Shown here piece by piece: positions 13,199 through 25,020 of a DNA stretch of 64,000 bases. The notes below the pieces were generated by a model. The model made no database searches. It was not told the DNA's origin and worked only from the letters and a program-made list of their open reading frames with translations. Within the stretch, counting starts at the first letter, position 1. Each line of letters opens with the position of its first letter. Origin of the DNA: Octopus sinensis (lineage: Eukaryota); NCBI RefSeq assembly GCF_006345805.1, contig NC_042997.1, positions 80,104,001 to 80,168,000 on the forward strand. The letters run 5' to 3'. The position numbers and the translations under genes were made by a program.

Positions 13199-14220
13199 CA
13201 AATTAGTAAATAAATGGCACAACTAAGTACCGATATTTACTGGAAATAGCGAACGTAAAAATACGACGCTAAAGTGTAGCTTCACCGCGTATGTATTAGT
13301 AAAAATGCGTGTGTGCAACAAAATAGAGAAAAAAAACAAAAAAAACCGTCTTACCTCCAGGGAGAACATCTGAAAGATGAAACACCCGGAAAATGGATAA
13401 TGTGGTACCTGCAGGTTTCAGGTTTTGCAAGATATGTCTCTCACCCATATTTGCTTTACCTTCTTCAGCCAAACATATACCAAGACGAAACTACGATGTT
13501 ACCACATAAATACTAACACACTCGACTGAAATACGGAATGCTAACAGTACGAGTAATGGTGAAGAAGTTTCAAAATATCAGTAATGCAATACAAAGTATT
13601 GCCTTCCAGTAAAAAGTAGCCCGTGAGGGAAAAATACACAAATTAGTAAATAAATGGCACAACAAAGTACCGATATTTACTGGAAATAGCGAACGTAAAA
13701 ATACGACGCTAAAGTGTAGCTTCACCGCGTATGTATTAGTAAAAATGCGTGTGTGCAACAAAATAGAGAAAAAAAAAAAAAAACCGTCTTACCTCCAGGG
13801 AGAACATCTGAAAGATGAAACACCCGGAAAATGGATAATGTGGTACCTGCAGGTTTCAGGTTTTGCAAGATATGTCTCTCACCCATATTTGCTTTACCTT
13901 CTTCAGCCAAACATATACCAAGACGAAACTACGATGTTACCACATAAATACTAACACACTCGACTGAAATACGGAATGCTAACAGTACGAGTAATGGTGA
14001 AGAAGTTTCAAAATATCAGTAATGCAATACAAAGTATTGCCTTCCAGTAAAAAGTAGCCCGTGAGGGAAAAATACACAAATTAGTAAATAAATGGCACAA
14101 CTAAGTACCGATATTTACTGGAAATAGCGAACGTAAAAATACGATGCTAAAGTGTAGCTTCACCGCGTATGTATTAGTAAAAATGCGTGTGTGCAACAAA
14201 ATAGAGAAAAAAAAAACCGT
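13197..14220. repeat. ~438-bp tandem duplication, 2.3 copies, nearly identical
   Basis: caaattagtaaataaatggcacaac recurs at 13199, 13639 and 14077. Confidence 0.93.
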
Positions 14221-14832
14221 CGAATGTGACTTTTATTTGCTTTTTAAGGCTACAGCCAGCTATTCAGTTGAGACTCATAGCACCATCAACAATCATGAAC
14301 AATGTTATTATGCAATGCCTGTGCAAGAAGATTTTTTTTAAAGTGAGGAAAGGCTGTGCACTGAGTCAATCCCACTCACTAAGCAACAGCAGCCATAATC
14401 CAAATAGAAGAACAAGTCAACATCATCGGTAACCACTGAGCCGCAGGTTTTATGTCGGAGTTATCCCAGTTACCTGAGTTACCTTCTCCTAGAAGGATGC
14501 CCTAACAAAGGGAAGGAGTCCTTCACTCGCAATGGTTTAACCGCGCAATCGGGTATTTAGTCCGATTATTTCTATGTCCCCGCGCATGATACAGCCTTAA
14601 GCCTTAAGGAAAAAAAAATTACACATTTATTGTATGGCCGTTGACTCTCAAGAGTCCCTCCGCCCTTTGACGGGTTTGTTTTTCATCCCGCAGGGTGTCC
14701 AGTAAACACACTCCTCACCAAGCAAGCTTGATGGGATTGCCGGTTTAGTCGCCGATGGCCCAAACATGCAACAGGTTCTACTCGGTTACATGTTACCAGT
14801 AGCACTCGAAAGTGTATATATGGGTATATATA

Positions 14833-17800
14833 TCATCATCATCATCGTTTAACGTCTGTTTTCCACGCTAGCACGGGTTGGACAGTTCGACCAGGGTCTG
14901 GGAAGCCAGGGGCTGCTCCACGCTCCAGTCTGATCTGGCATAGTTTCTACAGCTTGATGCCCTTCCTAACGCCAACCACTCCGCAAGTGTAGTGGGTGCT
15001 TTTTACGTGCCACCTGCACGGGTGCCAGGGTGGGGTCCGGCATCGGTCACGATCGGTTGGAGCTTTTAACGTGTCAGCGACACGGAAGCCAGCCAAGGCG
15101 GCGCTGGCAACGTTTGGATGGTCTTTTTATGTGCCACCGGCACAGGAGCCAGTCGGGGCGGCGCTGGCATTGGCCACGTTCGGATGGTGCTTTTTATGTG
15201 CCACCGGCACAGAAGCCAGTCGGGGCGGCGCTGGCATCGGCCACGTTCGGATAGTGCTTTTTATGTGCCACCGGCACAGGCATCACTACTATTTCCATTG
15301 ATATTTATTTCGACGTTCATGTTCATGTACTTGACTCAACAGGTCTCCTCAAGCACAGCGGGACGTTCTGGGATCTGGGGTACTTTGAATGGGCAGGGGC
15401 TATGCGGAACTGATACAGGAAGCAGCCCGGGTCTTTGCAGTCACAGCATATCTCCAGAGATTTCGGTCCTTCACCATTGCCTCAGTGAGGCCCAACGCTC
15501 TGAGGTCATGCTTGACTACCTCATCCCATGTCTTCCTGGGTCTACCTCTCCCCCTGATACCTTCAACTGTTTGGGAGTGACACTTCTTCACACATCTCTC
15601 CTCATCCATCTGCAGCACATGACCATACCATCGCAAGCGTTGCTCTTGCACACCACATCTGATGCTTCTTATATCTAGCATTTCTCTCAGGGTGCTTACA
15701 CTCTGTCGTGCGTGCACACTGACATTACACATCCAGAGGATCATGCTAGCTTCATTTCTTTCAAGTCTACGCATGTCCTCTGCAGTCACAGCCCATGTTT
15801 CACTACCGTGAAGCATGGCAGTTCGCACACATGCATCATACAATCTACCTTTCGCTCTGAGGGAGAGACCCTTTGTCGCCAGTAGGGGTAGGAGCTTTCT
15901 GAACTTTGCCCAGGCTATTCGTATTCTAGTGGTAATACTCTCTGTGCATCCACCTCCACTACTAACTTGGTCACCCAGGTAGCGGAAACTATCAACTACT
16001 TCTAGTTTCTCTCCCTGGAGTGTGATGTAATCTGTTTTCTGAGTGTCTGTGGTGTCTATTGTCCCTGTGCATCTGCCGCACATCAAAGCTATCTTATCTG
16101 TTAATTTCCCTTTAATGTTGCTGCACCTCTTGTGCGTCCATAGCTTACATTGGGTGCATCTTAGGGAGTTTCTACCTACACCTTTCCTACAGATCGAGCA
16201 GGGCCACCTGCCCAAGGGGGTGTGTGCTGAGTTCGCCTTTCTGCTTACTATAACTTTGGTCTTTGCTACATTTACTCTAAGGCCCTTTGATTCTAACCCT
16301 TGCTTCCACACCCGAAATTTCTTTTCTAGTTCCGGTAGTGATTCTGCTATGAGAGCCAGGTCATCAGCATAGAGAAGCTTCCAGGGGCATCCTGTTTTGA
16401 ATTCCTCTGTTATTGCCTGGAGGACTATGATGAATAAAAGGGGACTGAGGGCTGAGCCTTGGTGCACACCTACTTCTACCCGGAATTCTTCACTATATTC
16501 GTTGCCAATCCTAACCTTGCTGACAGCCTCTCTGTATAGAGCCTGTACAGCCCTTATTAGCCATTCATCAATCTCCAGTTTCCGCATTGACCACCAGATA
16601 AGGGAACGGGGAACCCTGTCAAAGGCTTTCTCCAAGTCCACAAAAGCTATGTAGAGGGGTTTATCTTTAGCTAGGTACTTCTCCTGCAGTTGTCGGACCA
16701 GCAATATAGCATCAGTGGTGCTTCTACCCGGCACAAAACCGAACTGCATAGCTTTTGTGGACTTGGAGAAAGCCTTTGACAGGGTTCCCCGTTCCCTTAT
16801 CTGGTGGTCAATGCGAAAACTGGAGATTGACGAATGGCTAATAAGGGCTGTACAGGCTCTATACAGAGAGGCTGTCAGCAAGGTTAGGATTGGCAACGAA
16901 TATAGTGAAGAATTCCGGGTAGAAGTAGGTGTGCACCAAGGCTCAGCCCTCAGTCCCCTTTTATTCATCATAGTCCTCCAGGCAATAACAGAGGAATTCA
17001 AAACAGGATGCCCCTGGAAGCTCCTCTATGCTGATGACCTGGCTCTCATAGCAGAATCACTACCGGAACTAGAAAAGAAATTTCGGGTGTGGAAGCAAGG
17101 GTTAGAATCAAAGGGCCTTAGAGTAAATGTAGCAAAGACCAAAGTTATAGTAAGCAGAAAGGCGAACTCAGCACACACCCCCTTGGGCAGGTGGCCCTGC
17201 TCGATCTGTAGGAAAGGTGTAGGTAGAAACTCCCTAAGATGCACCCAATGTAAGCTATGGACGCACAAGAGGTGCAGCAACATTAAAGGGAAATTAACAG
17301 ATAAGATAGCTTTGATGTGCGGCAGATGCACAGGGACAATAGACACCACAGACACTCAGAAAACAGATTCCATCACACTCCAGGGAGAGAAACTAGAAGT
17401 AGTTGATAGTCTCCGCTACCTGGGTGACCAAGTTAGTAGTGGAGGTGGATGCACAGAGAGTATTACCACTAGAATACGAATAGCCTGGGCAAAGTTCAGA
17501 AAGCTCCTACCCCTACTGGCGACAAAGGGTCTCTCCCTCAGAGCGAAAGGTAGATTGTATGATGCATGTGCTTGAGATGGGTTATGACCCTCTCTGTGAC
17601 CTTCATCACCTGATCCAACAGTTTGATACCCATGTAGTTATTTCTATCTAGAGCATCACCCTTACCCTTGTAGCAGTTGACTATGGTGCTGCTACGCCAG
17701 TCATCGGGTATGACTCCATTATGAACTACCTGGTTTACAATGCGGGTGACTAGGCCATAGCCCACATAGCCAGCTGTTTTAAGCATCTCAGCAGTGATTC

Positions 17801-18252
17801 CTGATGGGCCGGGGGCTTTACCTGGTTTCATATCCTTAATTGCCTTAACTACAAGGGAGCTGTCTATTCGGGTAGCTGGTCCCTCTACTGGGTCAACAGT
17901 TGGCAGGCTCTCCTCCTCCCATTCATTCTCCTCATTCAGCAGTCTTTCATAATGGCTTCTCCAAGCCTCTTTCTTTTCACTAACAGTAAAAGCAAGTGCC
18001 CCATCATCCATGCGGACACATTTCTCTCCTGTAACATCACTATTTTCTCTGACACACTGTCTGGCAATCCGAAATACCTCAGCTCTTTGGTCCTCACGTC
18101 GCTGGACATTGGCAAACTTCTTCTTTTCTGCTACATCTTTGGCTATGTATACCTGCCGCCCAGCCTCCCTTTTGGCTACCTGGTACAGTTCCCTGCTGCC
18201 CCCATCCCTCCAGGCTTTCCAGGCCCGTCTCTTTGCACTAATGGCTTTGTCT
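14833..18252 (-). mobile_element. RTE-clade LINE, 5'-truncated, with internal inverted duplication
   Basis: KAPGPSGITAEMLK, QFGFVPGRST, AFVDLEKAFDRVP, VHQGSALSP, LLYADD, RGRGRPRKTW; 3' UTR with 67-bp tandem units and (GAT)n tail; TA-rich flanks at both ends. Confidence 0.95.
15828..17570. repeat. 824-bp inverted repeat (arms 15828-16651 and 16747-17570, 95-bp spacer)
   Basis: The RT segment VDLEK...YDAC is present on both strands; ORF translations differ at only two residues (TDY/TDS, DSF/DSL). Confidence 0.95.
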
Positions 18253-18272
18253 ATATATATATTTACATATGG

Positions 18273-18299
<27 letters not shown>

Positions 18300-18303
<4 letters not shown>

Positions 18304-18323
18304 ATCTACCCATATGTAAATAG

Positions 18324-18354
<31 letters not shown>

Positions 18355-18800
18355 ATATATATCTATTTACATATGGGTATATATATATATAATATATATG
18401 TATGCACATATGTGTGTGTGCATGTGTATATGTGTGTGTGGTTGTGTGTATGTATGTACATATATGCATTCCTGTGCATGTGTATGTGTGTGTGAGTGCG
18501 TATGTGTGTGTTTGTATGGGGGTGTATTATGTGGAGGTATATGTGCATTACTGTGTGCATGCATGTTTGTGTGTGTGCATGTATGCACATGTGCACGTGT
18601 ATGCACGTGTCCATGTGTATGTGAAGGTGTGTATATGTGTATGTGGATGTATGTGTGTGTACGTGCATGTATGTGTGTTGTATGTGTGTGGTATGTGTGG
18701 GAGGTGTGTGTGGGAGGTATATGTGTGTGCGTCAGTACATGCATTTTTTCGTGTGTGTATATGTATGTATGTGTGTATGTACATGTATTTAAAAATAAAA
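18300..18800. repeat. Degenerate (TA)/(TG)-rich low-complexity tract
   Basis: Mixed tatg/gtgt repeats between the RTE and the Penelope-like element. Confidence 0.85.
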
Positions 18801-18899
18801 TGAAATGTAATAAATGAGAAAATAAGGTTGATAGGGGATAAAGAAGTTAATACAATATAAACTGGCGCAATTAAAAACAAAAAAGTAAATAGAGTTGCT

Positions 18900-20720
18900 A
18901 GTTGCAGGAGGTTGTAGAGGTAGTCATTAGGAGGAGGGGGGTTGTGTTTAGTCTGAAGGGGAGAGTTGTTTGTAGATTAAAAATATAACACTGTTCCAGG
19001 CAGAGTCATGAGTGTGTGGATCTGTGGTGCAGAGCAAGGCCAAAGATGAAAATATTATAGGGGGAGTGGTTGGCTAAGTGGAAGTGACAGGCAACAGGGG
19101 TGTTCAAACATAGCCTGGCCAGCCAGCAGCCTGTGTGGCCCACATATAGTTTACCACAGAGGTTGCTTCTAATACAGTACATGAGGCTAGAAGAGGTGCA
19201 AGAGAAGAAATTTGTGATGGGAAGAGTGTACTGGTTGGAACCAGTGAGGGAGGTGGTGTTGGTGATGAAGGGGCAGGTGTGACAGCAGGATCTGGAGCAT
19301 GGGAAGGATCCGGGTGGGGCTGGAGGAAGAGGAGGTGCTACAGACCAGTAGATCGCATAGGTATTGGGCACATTTAAAGGAGGACAAGGGTGAGTTGGGG
19401 GAAATGGGGTGGGTGATGAAGAAGGGGTAGGGTAGAGAGGTAGAAAAGAAGGGGAAAAGGGGGTGCGATTAGGGAATTGGGTAGGGAAGGAGAGAGGGGT
19501 GTGTGCAATCAATTCAATGAGCACGGGTGAGAGTGGTTTGGACAAGGGTTGAGGGGTATCCTTGAAGCATGAACAGGTGGGCAAGGTACTGGGACTGGGT
19601 TTCAAAATCCTGGTCCCTGCTGCACAAGCATCAGAGGCAGAGGAACTGGGAGTAGGGAATGGCCTGTTTGGTATGGAAGGGATGGGAGGAGGTGAAGTTG
19701 AGGTAGAGGTGGGAATCTATTGGTTTGAAGAAGGCGGAGGTGGTGAGAGAGTGGGAGGGGAGGTCAATGGTAAGAGAGATATATCTAGGAAGTTAACCAA
19801 AGTGTTAGAAATGGTAGAAGTAAATTGGAGAGAGGGGTGGAAGTTAGAGAGGAAAGAGATGAAAAGGCAGAGTTGTTCACCGGAGAGGGAGGTGGCACCT
19901 ATACAGTTGTCTATGTAGCAACCGTACAGTTCTGGGGTCGGCCCGGAGAATTGGGAAAAGACTTGGGCCCTAATGTGACCAACAAATAGGTTGGCGAAAT
20001 TGGGGCCTATTCTTGTTCCCATCGTGACCCCAGACACTTGTTGGTATGTTTCCCCGGCGAACATAAAGCAGTTGAGGGTGAGGACAAGCTCTACCAGATG
20101 AAGAAGGGTGGAGGTGCTGGGTGTGGGGTCAGGGTAATGGTTGAGGTTACCCTGAGTATTGGATGGCTAAGAGACCATCGTTGAGGGGAATCACCTTGTA
20201 TAGGTATTTGATGTCCAAGGTGAAGAGGAGGTGTGAGGGGCTAGGAGGAAAGGAAAAGGAATTGAAGATGTGAAGGACGCGATTAGTGTCATGTATGTGG
20301 GATGGAAGGGCAGCAATTAAAGGGGACAGGATGCACTCAAGGTATTTTGAAATGAGTTCGGTGGGGCAATTGCAAGCAGAAACAATGGGGTGGCTAGGGT
20401 TGTTAGGTTTATGTATTTTGGGAAGGAAATAGATGGTGGAGGTATGGGATGTTCGGACGATGAGGTTTATGGTAGCAGGGGGAAAGCAGAAGAGGAGATG
20501 AGGTCATGGATGGTGGAGGACATGCGCTGTTGGTAGGAGGAGGTGGGGTCGGAGGGAAGGAAGCAATAGAAGAGGGGATTTTGAAGTTGGCTGAGCACTT
20601 CCTTTCTGTATAGGTCCGCGTGCCACACCACTGCTGCTCCATCTTTGTCTGCCGGCTTGATGACGATGTTATGGCAAGAGGTCATGAAGGGCGATTGATT
20701 CAGCACGGGTGAGGTTGGCC
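18900..20720 (-). mobile_element. Penelope-like element (RT plus GIY-YIG endonuclease), degenerate
   Basis: IVIKPADKDGAAVVW; TYQQVSGVTMGTRIGPNFANLF; YIDN (catalytic DD decayed); NFLDI; GSFPCSRSCCHTCPF Cys motif; LMYCIRSNLCGKLYVGHTG GIY-YIG-like motif; frameshifts. Confidence 0.88.
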
Positions 20721-20724
20721 CAGA

Positions 20725-21003
20725 TATATACACACACACATATATATATACACACACACACATACACACACACATATATATATATATGTATATATACACA
20801 GATATATATATATATACACAGATACATATATACATACATATATATATATACACAGATACATATATACATACATATATATATACACAGATACATATATACA
20901 TACATATATATATATATATATAGAAAGAGAGAGAAAGAGAGAGATATATACACACACAGATACATATAAATACACACACACACACACACATATATATATA
21001 TGC
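20725..21003. repeat. (TA)/(CA)/(GA) compound microsatellite
   Basis: Direct inspection. Confidence 0.9.
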
Positions 21004-21875
21004 ATATTTATCAGAGGTGACTCCAGGTCATGAACATCACTCATGCTCATCACAGATTTTGCATAAAAGCCATGCCTGCTCAAAGAATTTCATGTTTTTC
21101 TGCTTTATTTCTTGCCCCAAATGGCTTATTTTTTTATATCTAGCACTATGTCTTATTCCATTTCTAAGTTAAATATAAAAATAAAGCAATCCTGCAAAAC
21201 ACAAGTGATCTTTACACACAGATGCACAGAACAATAGCAATCAAATAACTACAGCGGAGTGCACAACAAACATTGGCAATATGACTGTCGCCTGTACTCT
21301 TGATAAGAGATGCCAGTGAGTCTTTTACACCTACCAGGCTCATTCGTATTAGCCCGAGTTGCTGGGTAATTTTTCCTTCTATTATAGAATGGAAACTTTT
21401 CATAGATTGGAATTTAAATCCTAATCTCTAGAGAAATTTATAGCTTTAATAAAACATTGAATTTGAATTACTTTTGATTTTTACAACTACAGATAACAAC
21501 TCAGGCTGTAACTTCTGAGCCCGAGTAAGGCGTGTGTGAACGATGTCAAGAGAACGTCTGCTATGAATGATATTTTTTGACACATGGCACCTCCAAGACG
21601 ATCGCCAAATGCTGAATGAAAATAAATAAACTGCGACTATGCTCAATAAAAGGAACCCAAGTTATTGGCTGCAATTGCATACTTGAAGTCAGTGTTTTCA
21701 GAAATTAAATCAACTTGCAAATACATGTTCACTTTACTAAATTTATACTCAAGCTAAGCCCAAACAGCCTGAGTGCCAGAGTCGCCACTGATACACACAC
21801 ACACACATACATACACACATATACACGTGCACAAATATACACACATAAATATGCATACATACATACATATGTGTA

Positions 21876-22262
21876 AAAGGCATGGCTGTGTGATTAAGAA
21901 TCTTGCCCTACAACCACTTGCTTTCAGGTTCAGTCCTACTGCATGGTATCTAAGACAAGATCTTCTACTATAGCCCTGGGCTGACTAATACCCTGTGAGG
22001 GAATTTGGTAAATTGAAGCTGTGTGGAATGCCATCATGTATGTATGTATGAATGTGTATCTTTGTGCTTATTTGTTCCCACCAATGCTTGACAACACATG
22101 TAGGTTTATTTATGTCCCTGTAACGTAGTGGTTCAGCAAACAGACCACTAGAGTAAGTACTAGACTTAAAATAAGTACTGGTTCAATTTGTCTGACTAAA
22201 CCCTTCAAGATAGTGCTCCAGCATGGCTACAGTCCAATAACTGAAACAAGTGAAAGATAAGA
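21876..22262 (+). mobile_element. tRNA-derived SINE family A (degenerate)
   Basis: catggctgtgtg..ttcaggttcagtcc head; tail ctgaaacaagtgaaag. Confidence 0.8.
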
Positions 22263-23301
22263 TATATGAACCCATATCTGCTGTGCAGGCTAATATCTAT
22301 ATTCCATCTTCTTCCTCAAGTAAAATCCATTTTTTCTTAACACTTACCTCACATTGCTGGACATAGTCAACAATGATTTCTAGTTATAATGGTTTAATGT
22401 CTCTCTTTCTTGATCCAGTAGATTCATCAACTGCCTCTAATGCTCTCCCACAACAACTACAACAACATTGGCTTGTGTGAAACAGGATGTGAGCCACCAC
22501 ATCAATGTAGCAATACCAGTAGCCATTGCCCCTGATGTCATTTTTAGGTCCACTTTTTCCATTCTGATATAGGTCAGACAAGACTGATGAAGAACAGTAT
22601 TTTGAGGCTGATTGCCTTTCCTGTCACCAATCCTTGCTTTTAAAGTATGGAATTACTTTAATCCTCTAGTCATCACACATTGAAACAGTTCAACCATAGG
22701 ACATTATGTTATCATCACTTGCAAATACATGTTCACTTTACTAAATTTATACTCAATAAGATGTCAATGTGAAGGTAAATAGGAACAGACAGACAGACAT
22801 AAAATGAATTTCCATACAGTTTGCAAATTTTATCCACAAGATATTTGTTAGCTTGAGGCTATAATAGAAGACACTAAGCAAACTTTTTAACCACATAGCC
22901 ATACCTATGCCTATAATGATGATAAAAATAAAGTAGGTGATTATATTAGTTGAAACTACATTATCTATATTAGCATCTTAGTTGGGAAAAGTTTTGAGTG
23001 CTGAAAAGGATATTGCATTTCATCAGAGTTATTTTTGCCATTTTTAAATAGATGTACCACAAGAATAAATTATTTTCTCTTTACAGTCAATAGTCTTAAA
23101 TCCTTTTATAATACATCCATAAACTGGTAGTTGATTCTTTATTACATTGTTTCACTAGAATAACATTTAAAAAGAAACCAAAATACATTTGAAATTTTCA
23201 TCTCTCTTAATATTACTAAAATTAAGAAATTTCATTATAACATTGGAAAAAACATTGCTACTCCTATTAATGTTGCATTAAAAATTAGAAATAATCTTTA
23301 C

Positions 23302-23344
23302 CTGATTTTCAATTTCATAATATCCTGCCAGTGCCATTGAATAT
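23302..23344 (-). CDS. GSS: GSS coding exon 5 (R-YSMALAGYYEIENQ)
   Basis: 43 nt; atgcag acceptor, CAG|gtaaag donor; weak similarity on its own, but it supplies the phase 2 to 0 bridge needed between exons 4 and 6. Confidence 0.8.
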
Positions 23345-24454
23345 CTGCATTAAAAATAAACATTTCTAAGTACATGATTTGTATGTTATGAAATTCATGG
23401 TATGAAAGACAAGGTCAACCTCTGCTAAGGTCTAATTTGCCTTTCATCTTTTTAGGGTTGATGAAATAAGTACCACTGGAGTCAATACAATCAACACGGC
23501 TGCAAAATTTCAAGCCTTGTACCTTTAGTAGAAAGGACTATAAATTTATTCATCATTAGAGCAATATATTTGGCATATGTCGTTAGCTCTGAGTCCATAA
23601 TACACCAGTTGCCAGTTACAAATAAATAAGCTTAAGAATAACCAAACTCTTGCCATAGTAAAACACAGAGAGCTACAATCAATATAACACCAGCAACATC
23701 ATCTAAATCGATAGATAGAAACTGTGTGGAAGCCCATCATATGTTTATCTTTGTGCTTGTTTGTCCCCACCACTGCTTGACAACAGATGTAGGTTTATTT
23801 ACATCCCTGTAACTTAGTGGTTCAACTAACAGACCATTAGAGTTGTCTCTTTGCTGAACCACAATTTGAGAATAAGTTAGATATTTTAGCCCTCTTTATG
23901 AATGTAAAGGCAGATGGAAGTCGTGAGGAGGTGGGATGAGAGTGGGACAGAAAGAGGCAAGATGAGAAACATATTAAGATCAACTGACTTTCATTGCTAG
24001 CTAGTTTATATTAATGATGAAGGGATTTCTTTATCACCCCACCCACTGACCCACATACCCATCCAGCCATCCATTCAGCCATCCATCCAACCATCCATCC
24101 ATCCATCCATACATACATACATACATACATACATACATACATACATACATACATACATACATACATACATACATACAGTTTTGATTACAGGGGACCCTTA
24201 AAGGATCAAAGTAAAGCATGCTACAATTTGGCTATACAAAATTACTCAAAACAGACAGCCAAGCAAACCATTATCTTAGCATGGAATGCATTGATGAATG
24301 AAGTTCACTGTTGTTAGGTAATCCATAATTCCATTAGCATCCAAAAGCATCATAGAAACTTAAGAGTTGTATAAAATCCTACTACAAACAGATGAACCGG
24401 TTATCTGTTATTGACACATTTGTCTCATTAACAGTTTTTGTAGTGATATAAATC

Positions 24455-25020
24455 ATCATCATCATCATCATTTAACGTTTGTTGTCCATACTGGCATTGA
24501 TTAGACGGTTTGACCAGGGCTGGTGTGCTGGAATGCTGCACCAAACTCCAGTTTGATTTTGCATGGTTTTCTATGGCTGGATGCCCTTCCTACTGTCAAC
24601 CACTCTGAGAGTGTAATGGGTGTTTTTACATGCCACCAGCACAGGTGCCATTTGTGTGACACCAGTATCTGCCATGACTGCAATTTTGCTCAGCTTGGTG
24701 GGTCTTCTTCTCAAGCACAACATAATGCCAAAGGTCTTGGTCATTGCCTCTGTGAGGCCCAACACTCGAAAGGAACTCAGCCACTTTGTCTCTATGAGGC
24801 CCAATGCTTGAACGGTGCTCTTTACGTGTCACTAGCATGGGTGCCAGTTACATGACATCAGCACCAGCCATGACTATGATTTCACTTGGTTTGATAGGTC
24901 TTCTCAAGCATAGCACATTGCCAAAGGTCTTGGTCGCCAGTCATTGCCTCTGAGAGGTTCAAAGTTTGAAGATCATGCTCCACCACTTTGTCCCATGTCT
25001 TTCTGGGTCTACCTCTATCA
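24455..25020 (-). mobile_element. RTE-family 3' end (ORF terminus plus tail)
   Basis: (cat)n-ttaacg tail, ggatgcccttcc, and tcccatgtctttctgggtctacctct (antisense of RGRPRKTWD). Confidence 0.82.

Noticed and set aside
13313-13954. Duplicated 67-69-aa plus-strand ORFs as a small gene family
   Set aside because: They are a by-product of the 438-bp duplication, start in poly-A runs and show no recognisable domain.
15400-17001. 533-aa ORF as an intact RT gene
   Set aside because: Chimeric: the first ~85 residues are antisense read-through of the inverted arm, and the element lacks its endonuclease.
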